Shown here one piece after another: positions 11,339-22,719 of a stretch of DNA of 64,000 nucleotides (the stretch's first letter is position 1; each line of letters starts with the position of its first letter). A program made the translations under genes and the position numbers. Source of the DNA: Eledone cirrhosa (Eukaryota); the NCBI GenBank assembly GCA_964016885.1, contig OZ024741.1:195858001-195922000 (forward strand). Reading direction: 5' to 3'. A model generated the notes under the pieces. That model was not told where the DNA came from and did no database searches. It saw nothing but the letters and a program-made list of their open reading frames with translations.

Positions 11339-11734
11339 GTGCATGTGCGTGTATGCGTGTTTGTATATGTATACGAACGCATTCGTATGTGCGCGTGTGT
11401 GTGTATATGTGTGTATGTGTGTTTTTATATCTGTTTTTTACATACTTATATATATGTGTGTGTGTGTATGGGAGCATGTATATGTATATGTATATATATA
11501 TATATATGTATGTGTATGTATGTGTGTATATATATATATATAGTCGCGTACGTGCGTGTGATTAGATATACATGTGCCTATATATATATGTGCTTCGTGT
11601 GTATGTATGCGCGCCTTTGTATGTACGCATGTATGTGCTTTTGTCTGTACGTATTTATATATATATTTTATATATATGTGTACGTACGAACCTATGTTTG
11701 TTTTCTATTTTTTCTAGTGTTACTTTATAATTGA

Positions 11735-12418
11735 CTAGCATTAAAGCCCGGCGTTGCTCGGGGTCATTAAGTTACCAAAGTTAGGTTGCACCACCCATTT
11801 TATGGCAGCACTTTTTTGTCTGCCAGGCACTGGGTGAATGAATTGCAGACCTGGAAGCAGGAGCTGCGCCAGCAGTGACAATTGTAGTTTCGCCTATGGA
11901 TATTATCTCTGTGCAAAAAAGTGTTGAAATTTATTGTTTCACAGTACTTGCGCAACACGCGCGTAGACGATGCCAGCCGAACAACAGAGCTGCGATTAAG
12001 TTTTTCTGCATGGTTGTCTGTGTGTTTTCTAAATTTAAGACAGTAGGGAGGGTTGTGATATGAGGGAGAGTTAGCTGTTGTTTCTAGCAGGTTTAGTGAC
12101 CTCATAGAGGATATGTGTTTTCTTAATTTAAGACAGTAGGGATGGGTGTGTTATGGGGGAGAGTTAGCTGCTGTTTCTAGCAGGTTTAGTAACCTCATAG
12201 AGGATGTGTTTTCTAAATTTAAGACAGTAGGGAGTGGTGTGATATGGGGGAGAGTTAGCTGCTGTTTCTAGCAGGTTTAGTGACCTCATAGAAGATATGT
12301 TTTCTAAATTTAAGACAGTAGGGAGGGGTGTGGTATGGGGGAGAGTTAGCTGCTGTTTCTAGCAGGTTTAGTGACCTCATAGAGGATATTATTGTTTATC
12401 ATTATCTATAAAAGGCAG

Positions 12419-12449
<31 letters not shown>

Positions 12450-12937
12450 AAGTGAGTGTGTGTTTGTATGCGTTTGGAAAAGAGGTTTTAAAAAAGATTT
12501 ATCGCTTGTTGTTGAATAAATGTATCTGTTGCTTTTGAATAATTGTCGTTTTGTATGAAATGTAATAATTTGAAGTATAAAAGAGAAAGTAGCAAAATGT
12601 GTGGGTTGTAGATAGAGGTAAGCAGATGATATGACAGAGTAAAACGGACAGTATCACCATCAAGCTTGGAAAGAGAAAGTAGCAGAAAATATGAAGTTGT
12701 ATAGATTTTGAATGGTAGTGGAAAGAGTTTAGCAGTTTAAATGACAGAAAAATCGTAAAATATTGAGTTTTATCTATTTTTTGTGTAATTGTGGGTGAAA
12801 TTGAAAAAATGAGATGTGCCAAGACGTAATCGAAACTATTTCGAATACTGAATTGTAAATTTCAATTGAAGAAATTCTATATCGTAGATTTCTATAAGAA
12901 AGGAGCATGACCACACACTGAGCTTTATAGATTATGA
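11735..12937 (-). mobile_element. Non-autonomous Helitron
   Basis: The minus strand starts A|TCATAATCTATAAAGC and ends with the hairpin cccgagcaacgccggg followed by CTAG|T. It contains an internal minisatellite. Confidence 0.8.
12022..12388. repeat. Minisatellite, 4 copies of about 92 bp, inside the Helitron
   Basis: The unit ttttctaaatttaagacagtaggg...gacctcatagaggatat starts at 12025, 12118, 12209 and 12300. Confidence 0.95.
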
Positions 12938-13505
12938 TAACCCCTCTCGCTTACTTTCTCTTTGATTTAAAAAAATTTTTTATTCTCATATAAAAAATTT
13001 TTTTTATTCTCATATATTTTTTCATTTTTATATATGTATCGAGCCTCAGACTGATACTGCTTTGACTGATACACTCCCTTCCCTGTATATATCACTCGCA
13101 TGTTTGTGGTCGCGCGCGTGTGTGTGTGTTTATACGCGCGCTTTCATACTTGTATGTGTATATATTTTAATCCTTAATACCTGAATCTGGATGTACGTTA
13201 ACTCTATTATCTTACAATTTCTTTTTCAACATATATTATATACGTATTTGTGGTCACACATATACTGATATGCTTGCCCTCACATATGTACTTACGCACA
13301 CATTTTTTCACTATACACATGCATTTGTACATACACACATATGTACATTTGCGAGTGAATATACACACATTTATACACATACCCTAACTATATTTCCTTA
13401 TTTTATTTTTATATATCTCTTGCATTACTTTTATTTATATATTTTTTTGCCCGTTAAACTTTTGCCTTTCTTGAGGAGATTTTTCAAATATTTCACTATG
13501 TTTTA

Positions 13506-13583
13506 AATTGCCTTGTCCGACGAATGAATGAGGACGTTTTTTGTATTCGTCTTATTCGGGAAACCTCTGGTAATGAGGTAATT
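13506..13583 (+). ncRNA. Type I hammerhead ribozyme with core variant CCGACGA
   Basis: aattgccttgt CCGACGA atgaatgaggacg...cgtcttattcgg GAAA cctctgg TA atgaggtaatt. Stem I is 11 bp including G-U pairs. Confidence 0.7.
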
Positions 13584-13794
13584 ATATTGTATTGTTTATT
13601 ATACATTAAATTTAGCTCTGGTACTTACATAGAGCAGTCTTCACTCCTATGACTTTTTCAATTTTCAACGGAAACTTCAATACTTATACAGTATGTTTAA
13701 TTAAAAACATTTTAAAGACATTACGCTATCATTTTAAAGTAGTGACTATGTCACTTACTTCTTTTCGGCGAAAGAAGACAGAGAATATATATAG

Positions 13795-14212
13795 GTGATA
13801 AAAGCCGACCTTACCCAATTGCACCTCTCAAAGGTGATGACACACGACCGTGACCTCTGGCGTCACAGTAATACAGAAGACCCGACTCCCCACAGGTACA
13901 AGCCGAAGCTGAAGCATATAGACAATATACCCCCACACCCTCCCACTGCAAAGTGGTCGTGGAGGTGCCACAGCAAAAAAGCACCCAGCCCACATTGTAA
14001 AGTGGACATGTAGGCGCCACGGTAAAAAGCACCCAGCACTCACTGTAAATGAGGTTGGTGTTAGGAAGGGCATCCAGCTGTAGAAATCAAGCCAGAATCA
14101 CTTCCTGTATGAGCAAGACATGGTCAGTCAACTGGGCACTGCGCACAACAGGACAACCCACCTAACCCATGCTAGCGTGGAAGAATGGACGTAAAACGTT
14201 GATGATGATGAT
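13795..14212 (+). mobile_element. RTE LINE 3' end (ORF terminus plus 3' UTR, (GAT)n tail)
   Basis: VIKADLTQLHLSKVMTHDRDLWR followed by the same UTR as 35041-35300 and 48463-48825. Confidence 0.9.
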
Positions 14213-15637
14213 ATATATATATATATGAGACAGAGAGAGAAATAGAGTGAAATAGAGAGATATAGATTGAGAGAATTATATGAATCTATAAACCACTAAG
14301 AGTACCTGCCACAGAGTCAATGTGCTAGAAAGAGCAGTAACCCCCCCCCCCCCCATATTCCGTTTTAGGGAAAAAAAGTCAATAGCATATTGGAGATCAG
14401 ATTAGTTGAAAACACACAAAAAAAACCCTTAAATATTATCGATTTTGTTTAGTGCTATTAGCTGTCAATATACGAACAAACTTCCTTATTATAAATATTA
14501 TAGATGATGGAAATACATACCATCAAAATTGGGTCAGTCTCAGCATTACTGAGAGGAAAATGTATCTTGATAATCTTGCACCATTGGGAGCATCTCAAGG
14601 TGTGTTTCGTGTCTCACCCCCCCTCCCCTCTTCCTCTCCATTATAACTGGGAGGGTCATGGGGGCCCAGTCCTCAGACACACTTTCCAAAGGGTGAAAAT
14701 GCCATCTCAAAATGATCCGGCTGGGTCCTAAAGTTAGACCAACTGAACTATAAGTTCAGTTGGTCTAACTTATTGCTCTGCAACCATCTTGCTCATGGTC
14801 TACCTCTGTGTCTCCTGCTGTAAAGTACTCTAAATGATTTACTTCAAGTCAAAACCAATAAACTTCATATTCCTTTTACTTGCCCTATTATCTTGAATTT
14901 TTAGTCTGAAATTGCAGTTACTGTGGATGCAACTCCAGATTCCTCCCACATTGAATAGACAATATATCTAACTATCTACCTACCTGTTTATCTATTTACC
15001 TATCTACCTACCTCTCTATCTGTCTATCTGACTGACAGATGTATCTTTTTGGGACAAGAACAAGACTAACACCAACAAAACAAATCCTAATAGTAGTCCA
15101 AAGATAGATAGAAAGATAGATAGAAGGATAGATATGCATAATTTAGCGCATATGTTTGATAATGATTAAAGAAAATATGGAATAAAATTATTGTAATTAA
15201 TTTAGATAAATGTAAAATGAAATATAGCAATGACCAGAGTAACATGAGGAGGTAGAAGGTCAAGGAAAACCAAAGATTTAGGTATTTTTACAAAGAATGT
15301 TGTAATAACGAAATTATTAAATCAAATATTTAAAATGCCCCATCATTTTTGATGGGTACTCTGCTACTTCTGTTGATAAAAGGCGAAGTTGATCCGGGTA
15401 GGATTTCAAACCAGAACAGTAAATCAGTCAATTAAATATATCTCTGAGTGTAGCATTCTCAACAATAGTCAAGGATGTTTCACTTAAGGTATATTTAATA
15501 GCAATTAAAACAAAGTAAAAGGAAAACTTGACACTGAAATGAAAGTAAATGAAATGTGCAAATCATATCAGATTTAAGCAAGATTCTTTCTTTTCTGGGA
15601 CTCACACCTGCCTTGTCTTGTTAAGCTACTTTATTAA

Positions 15638-15858
15638 CCCTTTAGTATTTAAACCTGCCATGTCCGGTCAGAATTCTCTCACCTCTTTCTGTTCAAACTG
15701 GTTGTAACTGGCCACTCATACTGATGTTAAGGTATTGTTCTCAAAATAAATAACATCAAAATCTCGTAGATTCGATATTATGCAAGATAATTATGTAAGA
15801 TAAAGCTTTTATCATGAAAATACAACAGTAAATATAGAGTAATGTAAATATTAAAGGG
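15638..15858 (+). mobile_element. piggyBac-like MITE
   Basis: TTAA|CCCTTTAG...TAAAGGG|TTAA; same family as the copies at 17254 and 54061. Confidence 0.85.
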
Positions 15859-16129
15859 TTAATGACTGGCAATTGACTGCAAATAATCTGTTGTCATGTT
15901 GTATTGAAACAAGTTCCCATATAAATCATTCAGAAAAACTTTGACAAATATATCTTTCAGTTTATCAATTAAAAAAATTCAAAAGGCAAAAATTTCCAAT
16001 GAGAAAGCAAGTACCTGCCATTGGACTAGGGTTCTGTATGACATGTTTGGTATACCCATTTGGAGTGCTGTCACTTAGATTAAATATTTAAAACATGACT
16101 GCCTGAGGGAAATGAGGGCTCTTTAATTC

Positions 16130-19100
16130 AGAGAATACAATGCATGTGGGGAGCAATTACGGAAAATAAAACGAAACAAGACTACACAGAAAATACATGT
16201 GTTCCATAAGTCAGGTGAAGCCAGCTAGGCTAGAAGGTCAGTGACTCAAAATGCAATAAAATAAATCAGCACAGGACAGGTGTAAACTTCATAAACCATG
16301 CAGTAGGCAACCCATCTAAGAGGATAGTGATTCAAATAAAATAAGATTGCACGGGGAAGACATGGGCTCTATAAGCCATGGAGAAGGCAGCCCATCTAGA
16401 AGGGCAGGGGGCTTTGAATGAAATATGACTGCATGGGGTAGATGTGAGCTCTGTAAGCTGAAATATAGGCAACCCATCTAGGAGAGCAGTCACTCTGAAT
16501 AAAAACTGATACAGGGTAGAGAGGACCCTTCAGTCCGTTAAGACAACCTTTCTAGTGCTAGTGGCACAAATAATGCACTGAGTCCATGCTGTAAAGTGGT
16601 TGCTGATTGGAAGGGCATCCAGTCAGTAAAACCTTGCCAAAACTATGCAAAGTACAACACATAAATCTCTGACTAACTGTGATTGCAGGACTAACAATAG
16701 TCATGTTAGTGCTGCACATGGTAGTGGGGTGGCTAACTTAGCAAAGTATGAGAACCCCTCAACCACCATCAAGCAACCACACAACCTCATTCCCTTCCAG
16801 GTACAAAATACTACAAAAGGACCAAATCACCATTACCAGGTAACTCATCTGCTACACTTAATGTGGGCACACTCAATGGTAGAACAGGTGGAATTGTGGA
16901 GTTGCTTAAGAGGTGACAAGTGGAGGTATGCTGTGTTCAGGGGTGGGCTGGAGAGGCACCTCTGCAAGACTTCTCACAGGCAAGCAACATAGATACAAGC
17001 TGTTCTGGGTAGGTAATGACAACAGGGTAGGTGGAGTAGACATCCTACTAGCTGAGAAGAGGGTAGATAAGGTCATCGAAGTAGAGTAAGCAACAGATGT
17101 ATCAAGCGTAGAATAGTCACAGGCAACAATTACCTCTAGCTATGCACCACAAGCAGGACTAAGTAAGGAACAAAAGGACCATTTTTATGAGCAACTTCTA
17201 CAGACAACCTCAGTTACTGATGGCAGAGAGTTTATCCTAGCAGGTGACTTTAAGCCTTTAGCATTTACATTACTCTATATTTACTATTATATTTTCACAG
17301 TAAGGCTTTATCTCACATAATATCGAATCTATTAGATTTTGATATTATTTATTTTGAGAACAATACCTTAACATCCGAATGAGTGGTCAGTTACAGCCGG
17401 TTTGACCAGAAGGAGGTGAGATAATTCTGGCCTGATACGGCCGGTTTAAATGCTAAAGGGTTAATGGATATGTTGGACAGCAGAAGAATGGCTACACTGG
17501 TGAAAACAGTGGCTATGGCTATGGCTCAAGAAATGAAGAGGGAATGAGACTCCTGGAATTCTGTGATGCAAATGATTTAACCATTTGCAACACTAACTTC
17601 AGGAAACCGACCAGCCATCTGATCCCCTACAGGTGAACATATGAGCCAGATTGACTTCATACTTGTTAGAAATCGAGAAATATTAAAATCTTCTCCTGTG
17701 AAGAATGCACTGCCCAGCATGAGTTAGTTATTACCGACATCAAAATACGCTCAAAACAGAAGAAGAAACACAGGAAAATCTGGAGAAAGAAGAGAATTTG
17801 GAGGCTAAAGGATGATGAGATGACATAGAGGAGAATTGGAAGTTCCTATGTGATAACCTACTACAGACTACTGAAAAGACTTGTGGCTGGAGCAAAGCAT
17901 CAGTCAGACAGAGGGGTGACCTGGTGGTGGAACAGACAGTAGATAGGCATGGAAAGACTGGAAAAATGGGGGATGCAGAGACCAGTACCAGGTAGCTAAA
18001 ATAGAGACTAAGCAACAGGTATACATAGCATGGAAAGAATGAGGTTTGCCAATGTTTTGTGATATGAGGATCAGAGACATGGGGTGTTTTGCATTGCAAG
18101 GCAGTGTGTCAGTGTAAATTGTGGAAATGTGTGTTCAAAATGACAGGGCCATACTCAATGACTGGTGCAGCAGCATAATCATAAATTGCTACAAGGGTAA
18201 AGGTAATGTGATAGAAAGAAGCAACTACAGGGGAATAAAACTAATGGATCAAGTTATGAAAGTGACAGAAAGTTCTAACACAACTAATTAAGGAAAGAGT
18301 CAAATTAGATGTGATGCAGTTTGGTTTCATACCCTCTTTTTAGTAAGACAACTACAATAGAAGTTCTTAGCTAAGAGTATGTCTCTATATTTAGCTTTTG
18401 TTGATCTAATAGCGTACCCTAATCGGTCATTTGAAGATCCTTAAAGAAACTAGGCGAAGAAGAGTGAGTTGTAAGAGCAATGCAAGCCATGTACAGAGGA
18501 GCTGTAATTAAAGTGAGAGTAAGAACTGGGTTTAGTGAGGAATTCAGGGTTCAGTTCTTTGCTCACTTTTGTTTATCCTAGTCTTCCTATCCATAACAGA
18601 GGAATTTAAGACTGGTTGCCCATGGGAACTTCTGTATGCTGATGATCTGGTTCTCATAGCTGAGTCTGTGGAAGAACTGGAGAATAAATTCTGGTTGTGG
18701 AAACAGAACTTAGTATCAAAAGGGATTAGGGTAAATTTAGTAAAAAGCAAAATGTTAATAAGTAGGGCACCAATCTCATCAGGGAAGTGGCCTTGCTTGA
18801 TATGTAGAAAAGGAGTAGGCAGAAACTATATATATATGATGTACATAATGCAAATCTTGGGTACACAAGGTGTAGTGGGATAATAGGCAGACTAACAGGA
18901 AAGGAAGACTTTGTATGTAGTAGATGTTCAGGGACAATTGATAGTAAGAGTGCCAATAATAATGGTTTCTTTATTTACAATAATAATAAAAGAAATAACA
19001 TAAACCTTTTTCAATTCCAGAAAGAATCCATATAAGAATCCATATAGCTTTTGTTACCTAGGTGATACAATTAGTAGTGGAGGAAGGTGCTCAGAGAGCA

Positions 19101-19632
19101 TAGTAGCTAGAATAAGGACAAGATGGAAGACGTTTAGGGAATTGCTATCCTGTTAACAACAAGAGGTTCTCCCTCCAAACGAAAGGTCAGCTGTATGACA
19201 CCTGTGTGAAAAGTGCTATGCTGCATGGTAGTGAAACATGGCAGTGAATGCAGAGGACATGTGATGGCTGAAGAGAATTGAAGCAAGCATACTTTGATGG
19301 ATGTGCAAATTTAATGTGGGAGAATGACAAAGCACGAATGAACTGAGGGAAAACGGGGTATAAGAGGAATCAGAAGTAGTGTGTAAGGGCGGGGCTGTAT
19401 TAGTATGCACATGGATGATGAGCACTGGGGGAAAAAGTGCCAAGTACTCCCAGTGGTGTGAGCCTATGGTAGAGAAAGACCAAGGAAGAGCTGGATGGAA
19501 ATGCTGAAAGCTGATCTTAGATTGCTAAAGCTCACAGAGGAACACGACAAGTGGAGGGATGCTGTACTGAGAAGGACCTGTCCAACCCATGCAACCATGA
19601 AACACTGAACGTAAAAGGATGATGATGATGAA
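16130..19632 (+). mobile_element. Old, near full-length RTE LINE (5' repeats, APE endonuclease, RT, 3' tail), heavily disrupted
   Basis: SYAPQAG, AGDFN|GYVG, GRNEEG-like, CNTNFRK, IDFILVR, NYRGIKL, ELLYADDLVL, LGDTISSGG; (GAT)n tail at about 19620. The 5' boundary is approximate. Confidence 0.85.
17254..17460 (-). mobile_element. piggyBac-like MITE inserted in the RTE GDFN motif
   Basis: TTAA is duplicated at 17250-17253 and 17461-17464; removing the MITE restores GGTGACTTTAATGGA (GDFNG). Confidence 0.9.
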
Positions 19633-19691
19633 GTACCTAAACCAAAATATCCCTTCCAAATATGAGCCATAATAATGTCACCTGTGTCATA

Positions 19692-19997
19692 TTCATCATC
19701 ATTTTACATCCGCTTTTCCCTGCTTGATTTCTACAGCTGGATGCCCTTCCTAACACCAACCTCATTTACAGTGAGTGCTGGGTGCTTTTTTTCCTTGGCA
19801 CCTACACGCCCACTTTACAGTGTGGGCTGGGTGCTTTTTTGCCGTGCCTCCACAACCATTTTTACAGCTGAGTAAACTGGAGCAATGTGAAATAAAGTGT
19901 CTTGCTCAAGGAAACAACACATCACCCGATCTGAGAATTGAACTCACAACTTTTCGATTGCAAGGCCAATGCTCTAACTACTAAGCCACGTGCCTCC
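19692..19997 (-). mobile_element. tRNA-derived SINE with RTE-shared 3' tail
   Basis: GGAGGCACGTGGCTTAGTAGTTAG (A box) and GAGTTCAATTC (B box), central ccttgagcaagacactttatttcac domain, then an RTE-like UTR. Confidence 0.85.
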
Positions 19998-22330
19998 TTT
20001 CTATATTTATGTATATCTGTTTGTAACTCTTAAAAATTTATACACAATACATTTTGTATACAAACGGAAAGAAAATTCTAAATATCACCACATATAAGGA
20101 GTTTGCTTTCCACTTACAAGGTTCTGGGTTCTAACCCTATATTTGCCCCTGTAAATAGATATTTCCCTAAAGTTACTTATACATTTACTCCAGTATATCA
20201 TTTGTACGTATACTCAACATTTGTGTAATTACGTCCTCAAAATAAATGATTAAACTATCATTCTTATCTTTAATCACTTCCACGTGTCAGTAATCAATTA
20301 TAGGGGTTCTCTTATGCAAACAATTTATCAAAACGAAAATTTCCTAGTTTGTATAATCGTTCACATATTCTATAATTCTGGTATATATGGCACACCAATC
20401 CTGGACTCAAAAGATTAAAGATATTCAACGTTATCGCAGTCATTATTGACAGCGTGGGTTCACTAGTAATGAAACGAAAGCAATGATAAAACAATAACTA
20501 ATCTGAAATACCTGACATTTTAATGGAATTATACCAAGAGCTTTTAAATTATATGCTTCGCTGTGATAAGTAAACAAATGTAAACACATCTTGATAACTT
20601 TTTGTGGGCAAAAATATGTTGAGATTGTCCATATATTTCATTATTAGTTGAAAAGAATTCACGCGGAAACAAATACTTTCATTTCCCCGGGATAAAATAG
20701 CTTAGTTATTTTATACTAAACACAATACTAGAACTAAGTTGAAAAAGCTAGTCTAATTTGCATATAAGTGTATTTGTAGGCAATGTTGTTAATTAATTGG
20801 ATAGATGTTAGAAAGCGAGAGAAAAAGGCAATGTATGTATAAAAAAAAAGGAGAGAGAAAAAGAGAATGTGTGACGATAGCATATTGGTTACCACGCAAG
20901 AAATAGAAAACAATAAAACATTACTACTATAAAAAGAGTAAAGAGAATTTTTCTCCCGCTTATGTTAAACCATATGGAAACCTCATTTAGAAATTAATTT
21001 AATGGATATAACAGAATAAACCCTGCTCTTTTCATTTAACGATTAGTGCAGAAGCATATTGCCTTCTAGTTTCTCGGTCATTAAACTTTCCAGACTGATT
21101 TTTACCTCCCGAAAAACCGTGGTTGTATTCTATATCATTTAATCTTCTCAGTGTAAGTTACGAAGTTATTCTTGTTTATCTCTGTCGTTTAATATTCATG
21201 CAATTTACAACGTAAAGATCTATAATTCGATTTTCTTTACAATAACAATAATTACTTTTCCAGTCATTCATACTGCTTTGTTTCGTTATTTCGGTATTAC
21301 TTTCGTACCAGACTTCAGTTTGTTTCAAATTTGTTTGTTACATTGTATTTCGTTGAAGCCATTTCGATTACTAAACCGTATTTTATTACAGGAATTATAA
21401 CAATAATCTTTCGAAAAGGAAATTTTATTCACAATTACAAATTGTTTACAATTCTTTTAGAATGAAAATATACACACAGATAATATATACATAAATATTT
21501 CAGTAAATTTACAGAACATCGCACTCGATTTGAGTGAGAAATATTTTTCCTCTGTATTTTCGTGTGCTATCAACTAATCTGACCCCCCAAGATGCTGGCA
21601 ATCTACTTTTTCCCAGACAAAGGAGGGGGTGGGGTGGGCTCTCCTCCTCTGAGTTTTCTCTACAACTTTTTTTCTTCTGTCTGTTATAAACGAATATGAC
21701 CGCCAAACCAGTCAGAAACAACTATATTTGTAGAAAAAGGAGGGTGAAAGGGGGCGAAAAGACAATCGCAGTTTTGCAGACATACACATCTCTCGCTTTT
21801 GGTGGGAAATATTATCGTTACTTTTTTTCTGGGCCTCGTAGATACTTACAATCGATTCTTACAATGGAGAAAATGTCGCTGCAAGTGGCATCCCAGACGA
21901 GGTGTTTGCCACTGAGGAACGGGAAGATGGTCGTGCTGGAAAGGGAAGCCTGCAGCATCCAAGCCATGTTTTATGACCTTGTTGAGGGCAGCATGGGCAC
22001 TGTAGTGACAGGAAAGCGGGTGGGATGTCCTATTCGTTGATAACACACGAAAAAAATCGTAGGAAAAACTCCGAGGGAGAAGGGGCGACCTGCCCCCTCC
22101 GTTCCCCGGGAAAAAGTTGATTGCCAATATCTTGGAGTAAAAAAATGTTTTCCCTCTGACATCGTATGGGGTGTTCTATAATAATACCAATATTCCACAT
22201 TAAAATATAATATCAAAACAAGAAAATATATTATAATCATGCTTCACATAAAATAGAATTCGTGGAACCTTATAAATATAATACACAAAAATAAACAATC
22301 AAAGCGAAAGTAAAAACTTCAATACAACAC

Positions 22331-22705
22331 TTTCATTTCATTTCATTTTACATCCGCTTTTCTCTGCTTGCAAGGGTGTGACGGGAACTGATTCTGGCTT
22401 GATTTCTACAGGCTGGATGCCCTTCCTAACACCAACCTCATTTACAGTGAGTGCTGGGTGCTTTTTTTCTGTGGGGCATACACGTCCACTTTACAGTGTG
22501 GGCTGGGTGCTTTTTTTGCCGTGGCACCTCCACGATCACTTTGCAGTGGAATGATAGGGACCCCAGTCCTATCATCTCATTTCTACAGCTGAGTAAACTG
22601 GAGCAATGTGAATAAAGTGTCTTGCTCAAGGAAACAACACATCACCGGGTCTGAGAATTGAACTCACAACCTTTCGATTGCAAGGCCAGTAAGCCATGTG
22701 CCTCC
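22331..22705 (-). mobile_element. tRNA-derived SINE, same family as 19692-19997
   Basis: Shared head, central domain and tail; ends in a (TGAAA)n-like tail. Confidence 0.85.
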
Positions 22706-22719
22706 ATATATATACTCAA

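Noticed and set aside
12022-12388. Possible CRISPR-like array
   Set aside because: The units are contiguous with no unique spacers; it is a minisatellite in a eukaryotic Helitron.
19925-19997. tRNA gene
   Set aside because: A and B boxes are present but there is no complete cloverleaf; it is the head of a multi-copy SINE.
20300-21500. Relatively CpG-retaining unique region that could be a promoter
   Set aside because: No diagnostic motif or exon could be identified from sequence alone.
21696-22040. 114-aa ORF
   Set aside because: No recognisable domain; possibly a decayed LINE fragment, but I cannot support a family assignment.
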